A stretch of DNA of 17,846 bases from Ginkgo biloba (GCA_024626585.2 JANKJI020000002.1:11737882-11755727), one strand, 5' to 3'. Shown: positions 1 through 14,780, counted from the stretch's first letter. Numbers and translations: made by a program. The notes: generated by a model from the sequence alone, not told the origin.

Positions 1-825
1 GTTGGTTTTAACTCATCTTATGGAAATTTTGCCTCTATGTCATCTTCTTGTCACATTGCATCATTTGTTGATGCCATGCCATCGTCTGTTCTCGTCAGAT
101 GAATCATGTCCCCAGTCTGCTATAACGGTCAAGGATAAAAATCCAACAAACACCCATCTTGGGAGCTTATAGCATATTTTGAGCTTCCTTTAGAGCTTCA
201 TTTGCCTAAAATGGTTTCAAGGTAGAAATCTAGATTCTTTTCTTTAGTTGATAATCATTTTAGGCATTCATCCTCTTCATCATTCAAGACATCATTCTCT
301 AGATTAGGCACTGTAAATTGCTCCAATGTTTTTTGTCATAGAACTGTCCATAAGTTCTAGCCATGTTTATTGATGGTGAGTGTCTTGACTTCTATCTGCT
401 TACAATGAGTGTCTTGATCAAACTATATCCTACTCCCAATCAAGTGCTTTAATGCAAAGCGTCATCAAGCTCTTCTTCATACAAGCAAACTTTTTCTTAC
501 ACCATGGTCTTACTTTGTCATCAAATGTTCTTCCTTTCTCCTCTTCTAAACATGAAGGAGCACTCCAACTTTGCATGGTTCTTTATACATGAGGTTCTCA
601 TGCTTTTGTTACTCCCACAAGCATTGTGATTATGATCTTCTAATCCATACCCACACAACAAACTCGTATTCCTTATATGTCAAGACAATCCTAGGTTAGA
701 GGAGAAAAACTTGATTCATTAGAACGATTTTGGTTAGAGGAGAAGTTTTTCTATCAACCTCCACCTGCTTGGGGTGAGGCTTTGTCATCTAGCTTTTGTA
801 CAAATCCTAATACATTCTGATGGTG

Positions 826-875
826 TTTAGGGCACTCGTTCTTAGGGTGTCCTAGCTCCTACTTCAAAATATATA
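826..875 (-). mobile_element. Eroded gag CCHC zinc-knuckle remnant in a decayed LTR-retrotransposon region (about 300-1500)
   Basis: Minus strand GAG CTA GGA CAC CCT AAG AAC GAG TGC CCT AAA = ELGHPKNECPK, the second half of CX2CX4HX4C. The first two Cys are lost. Confidence 0.5.
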
Positions 876-1753
876 GTTTATCCACAACTTGTCAATCAAA
901 TGGTAGGAACTCAAAGTCCTTCATAACCTCATCTCCTTCACTATTTATAGCTGATGAAATTATTTCATAGGAACTCTACATTCCAATAACTAGTTATGTC
1001 CCATAGTATTGCTAGAAACACCGTACCCAATTGGACTTGTGCCCCTAACCTCTAGTGCCCAAAATTTCTTGTGTATTGCTATATCCAGTTGGATGGAGAG
1101 CTCTCTCTCTCTCCACCACTCTTATTGGACCCATGTATTATCACTGATGCAATAGGGAAACTTCACATGATGCCCTCACTAAGGAATTTTCATTTGAATT
1201 TATAGTTTTGACCTCTTGTTGATGGATGTCAGCAACATTTGCATACTTATGCTCTATGTCTATGCTAGTTCAACATAATATCATATTCTAGCTTAAATCC
1301 CATAAAACATTGGGATTTTAAGGTAAGTGTTGATGAGAAATGCTAGGAGGAAGATTTCCCATTAAAATATGTTGATGGCAAATCCTTACATGAGATTTCC
1401 CAATATCTAGTTGGAAAACTGTCAAGTGGGCAAAGCTTACCATTAGCCTGACCCAATGAAACCCCACTAAGATTATCATGAAAAGAGCTAAAAGAAGATG
1501 ATAGAAATCACAAGAATTAACAAGGAATTAGGTCAATAAATTTGCAAATACCCCAATGTTCTTTTCAAAATTATTTTTAGGATTTGCTCTTATTGATCTT
1601 CTTAGGACTTAGAAGTTAACATCTATGTTTGAGTTTGAGTGCTTCTTGTTAATATTATAGATGATTATAAGAGATATAAAAGCAAGGACTTGTGTTTCAG
1701 TCATATGCAACCAAATCATGAATCTTTCGCTTCCCATAACGAAAGAAACCAAG

Positions 1754-1854
1754 AAAAGATTATGGAAAAAGGATAGAAAATCCACAAGGGAGGAACTACC
1801 TCAAGAGAAGTACTCCCTACCTCAATAAAAGATTATGGAAAAAGGATAGAAAAT
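1754..1854. repeat. Perfect 28-bp direct repeat (aaaagattatggaaaaaggatagaaaat), two copies
   Basis: Copies at 1754-1781 and 1827-1854; the spacer also contains ctacctcaa twice. Confidence 0.9.
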
Positions 1855-2883
1855 ATACTACTAGTAGTTATAAAGAGGTGAGAAAGCAATAATTTTTTAA
1901 TTAATGATGGGTATTGTCACAATTCGGCTCTTGTTGATTATACCTTGAAAAACTAAACCCAATCCCAATCTTGTAGCAACAATTGGCATAAAAGGGTAGT
2001 GTGTCATTGTAGAGAGATGACGCTCGAGTCCATCCTATATGAAAAATGCTTATGTTATCCATAAGACATTGAATGCTATCACTATTGGGGTTAAGCATGC
2101 ACCTACAGATACTGGTGGGATACCTTGTATGTGCAGCATCAATCGATTCCAATGGGATTGCCTAATAGATACATTCACCAATTGATTTCAGTGGGTATAG
2201 ATCCTCACCACATGCTTGTGGCCTTGATGGATTTTGAGGGCAATGGAGATGGTCGTCCACTACGATTAGTGGAATGAGGGGTCGCATCATAGAAGCCTCT
2301 AGTGGTGAGATGGCCTTGCATCTAAGAACTCCTTTACACTCTTACACGCTCAACTTATTGGGTGTTATCCCGCACATGAAGGTATGTTTTTATGGGGAGG
2401 AATTAGATATTAAAAAGGACTAGACACAAGTGGGATTTGGGCTTTTGTCTTGGCAAACATGTGTGTAAGCCCATAGGGACATCCCAAAATTCCAAGAATG
2501 GAGAAAACCATACCAAACTTGCTGTGACTCTTCATAACTAGTAGACCCTTGCTTGTCCTAGCACTAAGCCATAGGTAAATCAATATATGTGCTTGTAGTT
2601 AATATTAATCTTGTACTGAAGCCACTATGCGATTGCAAGTTACGTGTGCAAATCTATTATAGAGAACAAGCAATCAAAATTCATTGCTACTAGAAATGGG
2701 CTTTTTTTAACGCACCATATTCAATATCGTGTTACTTCCACTTTCCTTTAACACAAGAAGTTGGAATAATAACAAGCATGATGNNNNNNNNNNNNNNNNN
2801 NNNNNNNNNNNNNNNNNNNNNNNNNNNNNNNNNNNNNNNNNNNNNNNNNNNNNNNNNNNNNNNNNNNNNNNNNNNNNNNNNNN

Positions 2884-3035
2884 AACTTGTTCTCTCATAA
2901 GTTTGAAGTAGGTTCACAAGAGGTTGTATTTCCTCCTTCAACTTATTGATTTTGGCCTCCATGGACTTTATAATTTGCAAGATCTTAGATTCCATTTTTA
3001 GAATCTATCCCAAGGGATCTAATACCAACTATAAC
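2884..3035 (-). mobile_element. LTR end, degenerate tRNA-iMet primer-binding site and possible gag N-terminus
   Basis: The minus strand reads tgttata-gt-TGGTATTAGATC (3027-3016), a 10/12 match to the PBS TGGTATCAGAGC. About 20 nt later an ATG starts MESKILQIIKSMEAKINKLKEEIQ, which is coiled-coil-like and runs into the gap. Confidence 0.5.
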
Positions 3036-3442
3036 AATCCTTCCTTTAATCGTGTGTATTATTCTAAATTAATTATTTATAAAGATGCATGACTAATCAA
3101 AGAGCAATGTACACATAAACATATAAATAAATTGACAAAGAAAATTATTCATTTATATTAAATAATGTAACTATAGAGAATCCACATATACAAGACTTAA
3201 AGGTTACATTGCTAGGGGCAAGAGAAGGTCTTGGCAACTTGCACTAATTACCACTATTGACCATGAAGACCACCTATTGGGATTTACATGGCTACCAACA
3301 CAAACCTCCAGTACATATATGCTAGCCATCAGTACCAAATGACTTTCCCGTTTGATTCCAACCCTTGTAACTATTAAGAGTGCCAAGTGTAGGTCTGTCA
3401 CAACCCCTTCTTCAACACTAGGGTCATCTCCTAATAGTAAGA

Positions 3443-3998
3443 TGTTGTGTCCCAAGACACAACTTAGGCCTTAAACAAGAGTTAGGATATGAATTCCTAA
3501 AGTTAAAGGTTAAAAGAGCTTAAATTTAACCCAAATTAACATTAAAACAAGGCTAATAGTCAAGCGCCTAAGTTCCTTAAGCTAAAAGGCACCTCTTATC
3601 TAAGAGACATGACTCTAGAAGTAAGGGGCCTAAATTTAAGCTATAAAAGGACCTTATTTCACCATTCTTCATCTCTTTTACTTTTCTCTTCTTCTAAGAA
3701 GACCTTTCTACTTTGGGAAGCAGGTGCTCCCAATTTAGAGGCCTCTTGTGGGTAGTAAGTGCCCCACACCCTTCTTCTCTCTCTGGGTAGCAAGTGTCCA
3801 AGTATTCTGTAGTGTTGACTACTTCTGACAATTGTGACATTACCATGTGACTGGATTATCGTGATTATCTTATATTTCAAGTATTTGTTCGTGCAATAAG
3901 TGACTAGTTATTGTTCTTATTGGATTATTTATATATTTCTTATCTACGAATCATGAGTTTTCTATATTATTTAGTGGTTTCTCGTTTGGGGAACTACA
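3443..3998 (+). mobile_element. LTR-like segment (TGT...ACA)
   Basis: The ends tgttgtgtcccaa / ttggggaactaca form an imperfect inverted repeat. Inside there is a TATA (ctataaaagg, about 3641) followed by a CT-rich tract. No target-site duplication is visible. Confidence 0.35.
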
Positions 3999-5460
3999 TC
4001 TTGTAAATTAATTGAAAGGGGCGAGCCTTCTAGCCTATTTCTGTCCGCTCACTAACGAGCATGTCTATAGGAAAAGTTCTCGTAGACATATACTCAACCA
4101 TGCTCCTATACCATTCTGAGACAGCGAAAATGCTAAACAACTAGGCATTTGGAAATTCGTTAGAGGCTCTTGTGATCGATGCCCCTAACAAGATGAGTGA
4201 CAAATGATCCACAATAAATGTTGGTATCATGAGACCTCCTACATTTTCCAAAATTTATCACAATTTATTGCATGTTCATAAAAAATAAACTTTCTTTTTT
4301 TTTATTTAATTTGACGTAGTGATTTACCTAAAGTAGAATCCACATTAGTAGATTTGCTCATGCTAAGAATATTTTATGGAGGTACTATACCTACCCTGAC
4401 TACAACCTAGTNNNNNNNNNNNNNNNNNNNNNNNNNNNNNNNNNNNNNNNNNNNNNNNNNNNNNNNNNNNNNNNNNNNNNNNNNNNNNNNNNNNNNNNNN
4501 NNNNNNNNNNNNNNNNNNNNNNNNNNNNNNNNNNNNNNNNNNNNNNNNNNNNNNNNNNNNNNNNNNNNNNNNNNNNNNNNNNNNNNNNNNNNNNNNNNNN
4601 NNNNNNNNNNNNNNNNNNNNNNNNNNNNNNNNNNNNNNNNNNNNNNNNNNNNNNNNNNNNNNNNNNNNNNNNNNNNNNNNNNNNNNNNNNNNNNNNNNNN
4701 NNNNNNNNNNNNNNNNNNNNNNNNNNNNNNNNNNNNNNNNNNNNNNNNNNNNNNNNNNNNNNNNNNNNNNNNNNNNNNNNNNNNNNNNNNNNNNNNNNNN
4801 NNNNNNNNNNNNNNNNNNNNNNNNNNNNNNNNNNNNNNNNNNNNNNNNNNNNNNNNNNNNNNNNNNNNNNNNNNNNNNNNNNNNNNNNNNNNNNNNNNNN
4901 NNNNNNNNNNNNNNNNNNNNNNNNNNNNNNNNNNNNNNNNNNNNNNNNNNNNNNNNNNNNNNNNNNNNNNNNNNNNNNNNNNNNNNNNNNNNNNNNNNNN
5001 NNNNNNNNNNNNNNNNNNNNNNNNNNNNNNNNNNNNNNNNNNNNNNNNNNNNNNNNNNNNNNNNNNNNNNNNNNNNNNNNNNNNNNNNNNNNNNNNNNNN
5101 NNNNNNNNNNNNNNNNNNNNNNNNNNNNNNNNNNNNNNNNNNNNNNNNNNNNNNNNNNNNNNNNNNNNNNNNNNNNNNNNNNNNNNNNNNNNNNNNNNNN
5201 NNNNNNNNNNNNNNNNNNNNNNNNNNNNNNNNNNNNNNNNNNNNNNNNNNNNNNNNNNNNNNNNNNNNNNNNNNNNNNNNNNNNNNNNNNNNNNNNNNNN
5301 NNNNNNNNNNNNNNNNNNNNNNNNNNNNNNNNNNNNNNNNNNNNNNNNNNNNNNNNNNNNNNNNNNNNNNNNNNTATTTAATGTGGTTGTTCTTCAGTAA
5401 TTAAGGCAATTTTTTGCACATTTGACCAACGAATTTCACTCTTGTAGACATCATTAATGT

Positions 5461-5560
5461 TGTTGCCATGACATCCTTCATGCTACCACGTCATCTCTTG
5501 GGCTGCCATGTCATCATTAAGGTTGCATGCATTGTCATTTAATGTTGATGTCATCATTAG
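5461..5560. repeat. Degenerate ~20-bp minisatellite with a CCAYGTCATC core
   Basis: Consecutive units tgttgccatgacatccttca / tgctaccacgtcatctcttg / ggctgccatgtcatcattaa, then more diverged copies; scattered gtcat/gacat cores continue to about 5676. Confidence 0.7.
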
Positions 5561-5823
5561 CTTTTGCACCGTACAATCACGCCAACCTTGTTGTACTAGT
5601 GGTTGTTGATGTCATCTTTGACCAAATGATTTCCTTTGACATCTTATGTCATTATCTTTGATGATGATACGTCATTTTCTAGTACTCCTAGCCTGAAATC
5701 TTCATCTTGAGGCGAATCCTAGTTTCCCTTAGAAGAATATCTGGCCCTTTCCCCTACATTTCGCTATCAAGGTTTGCTAGATTGTCCAAGGTCTGAATCT
5801 ACTACAAACAATTCCTACTACCT

Positions 5824-6395
5824 ATGGAAGGGTACATTGGTTTGCAAGAGATTGTCCAAAGGTTTTGCAATGTTGGAAAAATTTTTAATGAACCAGTGAT
5901 GGTACCCATTGTGGCCCAAGAATAACTGGATGTCGTCCAAATTAGCTACGCGTTCCATTTCAACAATTACTTGTACCCTATTTGGATCTGCCTCCAATCC
6001 TTACACACTACATTTCCTAACAATTTCCCATTGGGGTGCCAACAATTGGTATTTTCCTAGATTCAACACAATCGTGCCTTCCTGCATATCTACATACATT
6101 TTGGCATGGTTAGAAGATGATTCTTTCTAGAAAGACTTGGGTTTTACTCGTAGACAATGTCTCGAACAATTGCATAATAGTTTGTAGGAAAGTTGTCGGT
6201 GTGTTGCACAACCCAAAAGGCATTTTGCTATAAGCAAATATACCAAACTCTGTTACAAAGATGGTCTTTGTTCAATCTTTTTGGGTGACACTAATATGAT
6301 CGTATCCTGAAAATCCATCCAAGAAGGAATAAATCCCATGCTTAATGACCTCGTCCAAGATCATGTCCATAAAGGGAAGTGGAAAGGGTCATTTT
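5824..6395 (-). mobile_element. Degenerate Ty3/Gypsy LTR-retrotransposon reverse transcriptase fragment
   Basis: The minus strand, with stops and frameshifts, reads PFPLPFMDMILDEVIKHGIYSFLDGFSGYDHISVTQKD*TKTIFVTEFGIFAYSKMPFGLCNTPTTF...ADPNRVQVI...FLGHNGYHHWFIKNFSNIAKPLDNLLQTNVPF. This matches Gypsy RT motifs (FPLP, LDGxSGY, MPFGLxN, FLGxxGYYRRFIKxF). It is cut by the gap at 6396. Confidence 0.9.
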
Positions 6396-8029
6396 NNNNN
6401 NNNNNNNNNNNNNNNNNNNNNNNNNNNNNNNNNNNNNNNNNNNNNNNNNNNNNNNNNNNNNNNNNNNNNNNNNNNNNNNNNNNNNNNNNNNNNNNATATA
6501 TTAATTCATAAGATGAGTTTTGGGGTGACTTTATAGAGACTTAAGAAGAAATTTTTTTATCGCCTAATTTGGTACTGATAGCTGGTCCATGGCCCGATTA
6601 GCATATACTTGTAGTTAGTCTAAAGTAATTTGTAGGTGAAAGGTGAGAGAAGTAGTATGAAGTAGTGAATAAAGGTGAATCATTTAACCTACATTTTTTA
6701 ATGCAATTCAATAGAAGAAATGGCATTTGTAGGTGGTTTTGAATCCACCTATAGATGGGCTATAAGCAAATTTTCAACTATATCACTATTGTAGGTAGGT
6801 GTAGTATTTGCTACTAATTTCATCCTACTTATAATAACATGTGGGTAAGTAGATGGAATATGGGTTCATAGATTTCATGCCATTTTTTTGTACTTTTTTA
6901 TTCACTTATGGGATGTTTGTATGTCATCGCTTATTAAATGTAATTATTTATAGAGTGGGTTTTGTTATATGTAATGATGTCAAGTAATGGTCAGTTATAA
7001 AATTACAATCACCATTGATTATTATAGGTGTTTATGTATATTGACAAAATTCCTGCATTAGAATTTCAAGTGAAGTGATGCTTAGTGAGTCATTAAAATT
7101 ATTTATAGCAAAGTTTGGTTGTTTGGGAGAGGAACATGTCACTATTATATAGCCATTTTCTCTCCCTCATGTATAAATCACTCTTTTCTAATGAAGGAGA
7201 TAAACAATATTTTTCTCCCATACTGATAAGATTATGAAATTTCCTTGGAAACTCTGAACTATAGAAGATCTAGCAAAACAATACCCCATACCAACACAGA
7301 GTACCTAAGTTGTCTTTGTATAGTTTTTATTATAGTTATTGTTTCTATTTTATTTTATCAAATCATAGAATTATTTCCTTTAATTATTTTAGTAGTCTCT
7401 AAATTTTAATTGTAGATAAATTTTTTGAGATACACTCTCTCTATGCATTTAAGGAAATTTAATTAAGNNNNNNNNNNNNNNNNNNTGCTCTAAGTTTATG
7501 AACTATCAAGTTGACAATTTATGAATTATGATTAGAACCCATCACTAGCATAACACACCCACCTTAGACCATAATTCTATCAAATTTTCTAGATCTGCAT
7601 TATGAATCTCCCAAGATCTCACATTTGTTATAAACAAAATTGAGTGAGAACCTACTAGTCTTAGTATCCCTTTATCCATTAGAAAAGTTAGCATCCCTCA
7701 ATAATAATAATCAAATAATGCATCAAGCACCCTCCAAATAAGTGATCTACACATAAATCCATCTACACCTATCCAAAACACAAATAAACAGTGATTAATC
7801 AACTACTCCATCAATAAAAGAATGGAAATTTATGTAAAAATCATCATATACCAGTACTAGATCTTATACCTCCACCAACTATAACTCCACTTAAAGTCAC
7901 TCCACTCATAAGGGGAACTTACAAACCCCTACTATCTAGCATAGTAACTACCATAGATGAAGTTGTAGAAGAGTGGATGACTATGTTCCACTACCTAATG
8001 CCTCTCTGAACCCCATGCATTGTATTTAT

Positions 8030-8230
8030 TGATCACCTATATAGGCAATCATGGTGGGAGGTGAGCTTGTGGGAAGCTTGTGAGGTAGTATCATCAAGAC
8101 ATGTGACACTAGTTGGAGCTTCTTATAAGATGTTAATTTGCATAGAGAGGTGTTTGATAATATACTCCTAAGTCATCTAGAGATCTTATAGGTGATGGGT
8201 GACCTTATGTTGTCCAATTAGAAACTCAAT
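8030..8230 (+). mobile_element. Possible highly eroded Ty1/Copia RT/RNase H remnant
   Basis: Pieces HLYRQ, LVGSL and YTPKSSRDLIG occur in the order expected for Copia (YRxLVGSLxYL...LxGYSDAD), but in broken frames. Confidence 0.3.
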
Positions 8231-8652
8231 ATGTGCATAAACTAATAAGAGCTAGAAACTAATTTTTATAGTGATATGGTTTTCTAAGTTTTAATTATTT
8301 TTAATGTTTGAATGTATGTGAGAGGATGAAGAGTTAGAGATTATAGCCTTGAGCAAGGTTGCAGTACGNNNNNNNNNNNNNNNNNNNNNNNNNNNNNNNN
8401 TCTTAGTAGGATACATAACCATTGGTAATGGCCTTATATATATTAGTTATAATAATTAGGTAATCTAATTTATAGGGAAAGTTAACCTACATGACTATAA
8501 TTATCAAATCCTTATCAATAATTAGGTGGATCTAGTTATCTTCATTTCAATTCCCAAACCTAAGTTGGGCCTTAAACACCTAATAGGATCTCCTAGTAAT
8601 CGACTCAAAAGTAGATTTCTAAACTAAGGATCAATCAACATAAGAAGAAAAC

Positions 8653-8740
8653 TTATAGTTTTGACTGGTTTCCTCAAGGCATAATTTACCCTAGAAATAA
8701 GATTTATGGTTTTAATCTATTTCCTTAAGGTGTAATTTAC
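8653..8740. repeat. Degenerate 37-bp direct repeat, period 51
   Basis: ttatagttttgactggtttcctcaaggcataatttac (8653-8689) versus ttatggttttaatctatttccttaaggtgtaatttac (8704-8740). Confidence 0.65.
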
Positions 8741-8963
8741 ACATGGCCTAATGAGGTATGTTGTTGGTGTAACTTGAAATTTTGATTTCTAGTTGATTTA
8801 TTATTAAGTGTTTGTGTCTATTATTTATGGGCTTGGATGTGTCGATGTATGTAGTTGCATTCATTCTACTTGAACAATAAAACCATGAAAATAATGTTAA
8901 AAATATTAGGCAAATAATATATTAGTGACTAGAGACTATAGATTTTTTCAAGAATATTAAACT

Positions 8964-8979
8964 ATATATATATATATAT
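8964..8979. repeat. (TA)n microsatellite
   Basis: Uninterrupted tatata run of about 8 units. Confidence 0.85.
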
Positions 8980-9500
8980 TAGTGTAAAGTGTAAAGATTC
9001 AATTAAAAAAATTCAAGGTTGCTTATCAGCACCAAGATAATACAGCGATGGTGGATTACAAAAAACACACAGGTTTTATCTCAGTTTAATCACTAAAAAC
9101 TAAATTAATATATCAATTATAAATGAGAGTCATAACCTAATAATCCACATTTACTAAAGAAGAAAGTTGATTTGATTACTTTTGGTTCCATTGACTAGTT
9201 ATGGTCATCCACTGACATTTATATAATTCCTTTCATTCTCAAACATTGAAAAAATGCAAAAAATACCATATACTGAATAAGCATCCTCATCAATAATCTG
9301 AATCTTTTAAAACGTAAACAATGAGTATTGGAGTCAAATATATTTTTATAGATCCATCAATTAGCAATATTTATTGTGAAAAATATATTTTCAAACCATC
9401 AGCCAAGTTCGTTCTACCCACAGATTTGAAGTCTTCAAATAAGTCTCAGATCCATCAATTATTTCTATTATCTCAACTGAGCAGCAAAAGTATGCCATAC

Positions 9501-12462
<2,962 letters not shown>

Positions 12463-13075
12463 CTGCACACAAAACAGACAACAATAAGAATTCCAAACTA
12501 ATGCTGCCTCCAAGCAATTACCAACCTTCCTTAAAATCAGCTAGCCTATTATGGACTGTCTAATGATTCACAGTCAAAGACAGTTGCTTGACTAGTTAAA
12601 CAATAAAGGCCAAGTCATATACCAATCAGAGATTTATCGGAACTTTGGCTTCCCTCCCAAGCAGCACATAATACGACAACATCTACAGAAGGCTACAAAT
12701 GAAGGCTTGCAAGAAAATTGTTGGAGATGACTGACAAAAAGAGGCTAGGAAGAAATTAGATATATAACAGATGCATTCAATCATAGGTGTGAGAGGCTAA
12801 AATTGGCAAGCCTACTTTCATGTTTGAGCTGAAGGCACAAAGAGCATGCAACATGTGCACACATTACAAGAGAGTATTTCCAAAACTTAACATAAATTTG
12901 AGCACACGGCACCCCTAAAGAGAGATATCTTAATATCATGTCATCCATGGGTGACTAAAATAAGACGGCTAACAGATCCCTCCTGCTAAAGGGCAATGCG
13001 CCAAAGTCAGGTGTGAATTGTCAGAGGCTCCTCAGTGAAATAACTGGGCTACCAAGTAGCATCTTACTATGACAA

Positions 13076-13142
13076 TGCATGTTGATTGAGAAGATACTCA
13101 AACAGTGACCCTGTTTGAGTAGATTCTCAGATATCAACTGCA
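13076..13142. repeat. Imperfect inverted repeat / stem-loop
   Basis: tactcaaacag-tgacc-ctgtttgagta is a perfect 11-bp stem, extended by tgagaa/ttctca, gttgat/atcaac and tgca/tgca. Confidence 0.8.
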
Positions 13143-13249
13143 GCAAAGCACACCCATGGTTGCACCCTTAGTCCAATTGGCCCTTTAATCAAGGGGCATG
13201 GAAGACTTGAATCCATGTGCTTCCTACACATGGTTAGCTTCTTTCCTGC

Positions 13250-13390
13250 TCCCCCAACCTTCTGAAGTACTAAATATGGTCCAAACTATTTTGTGGAAAT
13301 CTCTCTTTAACACTCACACAATGATTCTTTTTAATGGTTGTACATAGTCTCCCATTTGGAATGCCACTAAACATCTCTCCTTCACGGTTA
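13250..13390 (-). mobile_element. Degenerate Ty3/Gypsy integrase C-terminal (GPY/F) fragment; boundaries approximate
   Basis: The minus strand gives RCLVAFQMGDYV followed by K*FGPYLVLQKVG, matching the RRxxxFxxGDxV...PxxxGP(F/Y)xIxxxVG tail of Gypsy integrases. Confidence 0.6.
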
Positions 13391-14780
13391 TTTCCATTCA
13401 TCTGCCAACATTTCTGATCTGTTTTATGCTTGTTGACAGAGTTCTTAATCTTTCCAAGTTATGTTCCATCATGTCTGTTAGGTCCTGGCCAAACTAATTG
13501 ATTTGCTAAACGTTCAACCACATTATAAGGGTTCAGGGACTCATCTGTAGAAGGCCCCACACAAGAGTTGAAGGTCCTATTGATGTGTACCATTGAGAGA
13601 AGTTATCTCAAACCTTTATACAAAAATCTATTTAAATCCCATGTAACATCACTAAAAGGTGATTCTGTGAGGATCAGATCATTGAAAATGACCACCTTAG
13701 ATTTCGTTCTTTTGAGAACAACCTTTTGTTCATACAAAGTGTTTACAAAAGTCATTTTGTTCTTTAGTATCAGAAGCCAGTCTGCCTTATGGTCCTTATG
13801 TGAGTTCAAGTTGAAAAGGCCAAGGTATTATGCAGTATAGAAATAATTATTCAAAATTATAATCAAATGCCATTTTCCAAGCAGAGTAATGATAATGGAA
13901 CTTTGTTGAGTTCATTGAAGCTAACATTCCAAAAAGACAAATGGTACCTGTTGTAACAGCCTGCTTCCCTAGAAACATTAACAATGAATGACATATATAA
14001 ATAAACATAAAAACATTTACCACTTCAACACATAAATATTTATTTATGTTAGCATTAGTCATGTCAGTGGTTAGTGTGTTAATTGTTAGTAGGGAAGGAC
14101 TATTAGGGAAGATCTTTGCAATATGTGCTCCAGCACTAACTGTTGGCCATGTGGGGCTCTCCTACATGGGCAGCCAAACCTCTTATACATAAATGTCACC
14201 GTCAACCCCTAGCAGCTATTAATGATATGCTAGAGTTCACCTCTCAACCCCACGCTAGGAGAGGATGCCAGGTCTTCAGCATCATGGANNNNNNNNNNNN
14301 NNNNNNNNNNNNNNNNNNNNNNNNNNNNNNNNNNNNNNNNNNNNNNNNNNNNNNNNNNNNNNNNNNNNNNNNNNNNNNNNNNNNNNNNTTGTTTCTAGGG
14401 AAGTGGGTTGTTACAGACGAGCCCCCACATCTACAATAGGTTCTAAACTATGCAAGCGAAAGCTAAACTTAAGGCAATTTGTCCATAGCCATGATCCAAG
14501 AGAATTCCAAGAGCTTGATTGATACATAATCTTCATACAATAGGGATTAAGATTTAGTCAATGGATTAAGGAAGGCATGCTTCTATAGGATGGATAAATC
14601 ATCCAAACTTAGCAAAAAGTTTAAGCCTCAACGGAGCATGTTGTGAAACATGAGGTTGTTGCCAAAACTACAAAATGCTCTAATCGAACAAAAAGCTTCA
14701 ATAGTACAAAAGGCCATGAAAGTTAATCATTCGCTAAGTTTAATCTAAGTAGATCAACAGTGTCGATTGAAGCACAACGG

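Noticed and set aside
1754-1854. CRISPR-like layout (28-bp repeats with a 45-nt spacer)
   Set aside because: Only two copies, not palindromic, no cas genes, and the context is a eukaryotic spliced gene.
1901-2152. 83-aa ORF, and a possible retroviral protease DSGAS word near 2015-2033
   Set aside because: It needs an assumed indel to read DSGAS and has no supporting flanking motifs.
5622-5650. Minus-strand ag|ATG TCA AAG as the missing MSKS exon
   Set aside because: It continues MSKEII, not MSKS...; it has no pyrimidine tract and lies inside the GTCATC repeat zone.
9424-9440. Palindrome atttgaag-t-cttcaaat
   Set aside because: An 8-bp AT-rich arm with a 1-nt loop is expected by chance in a window this size.
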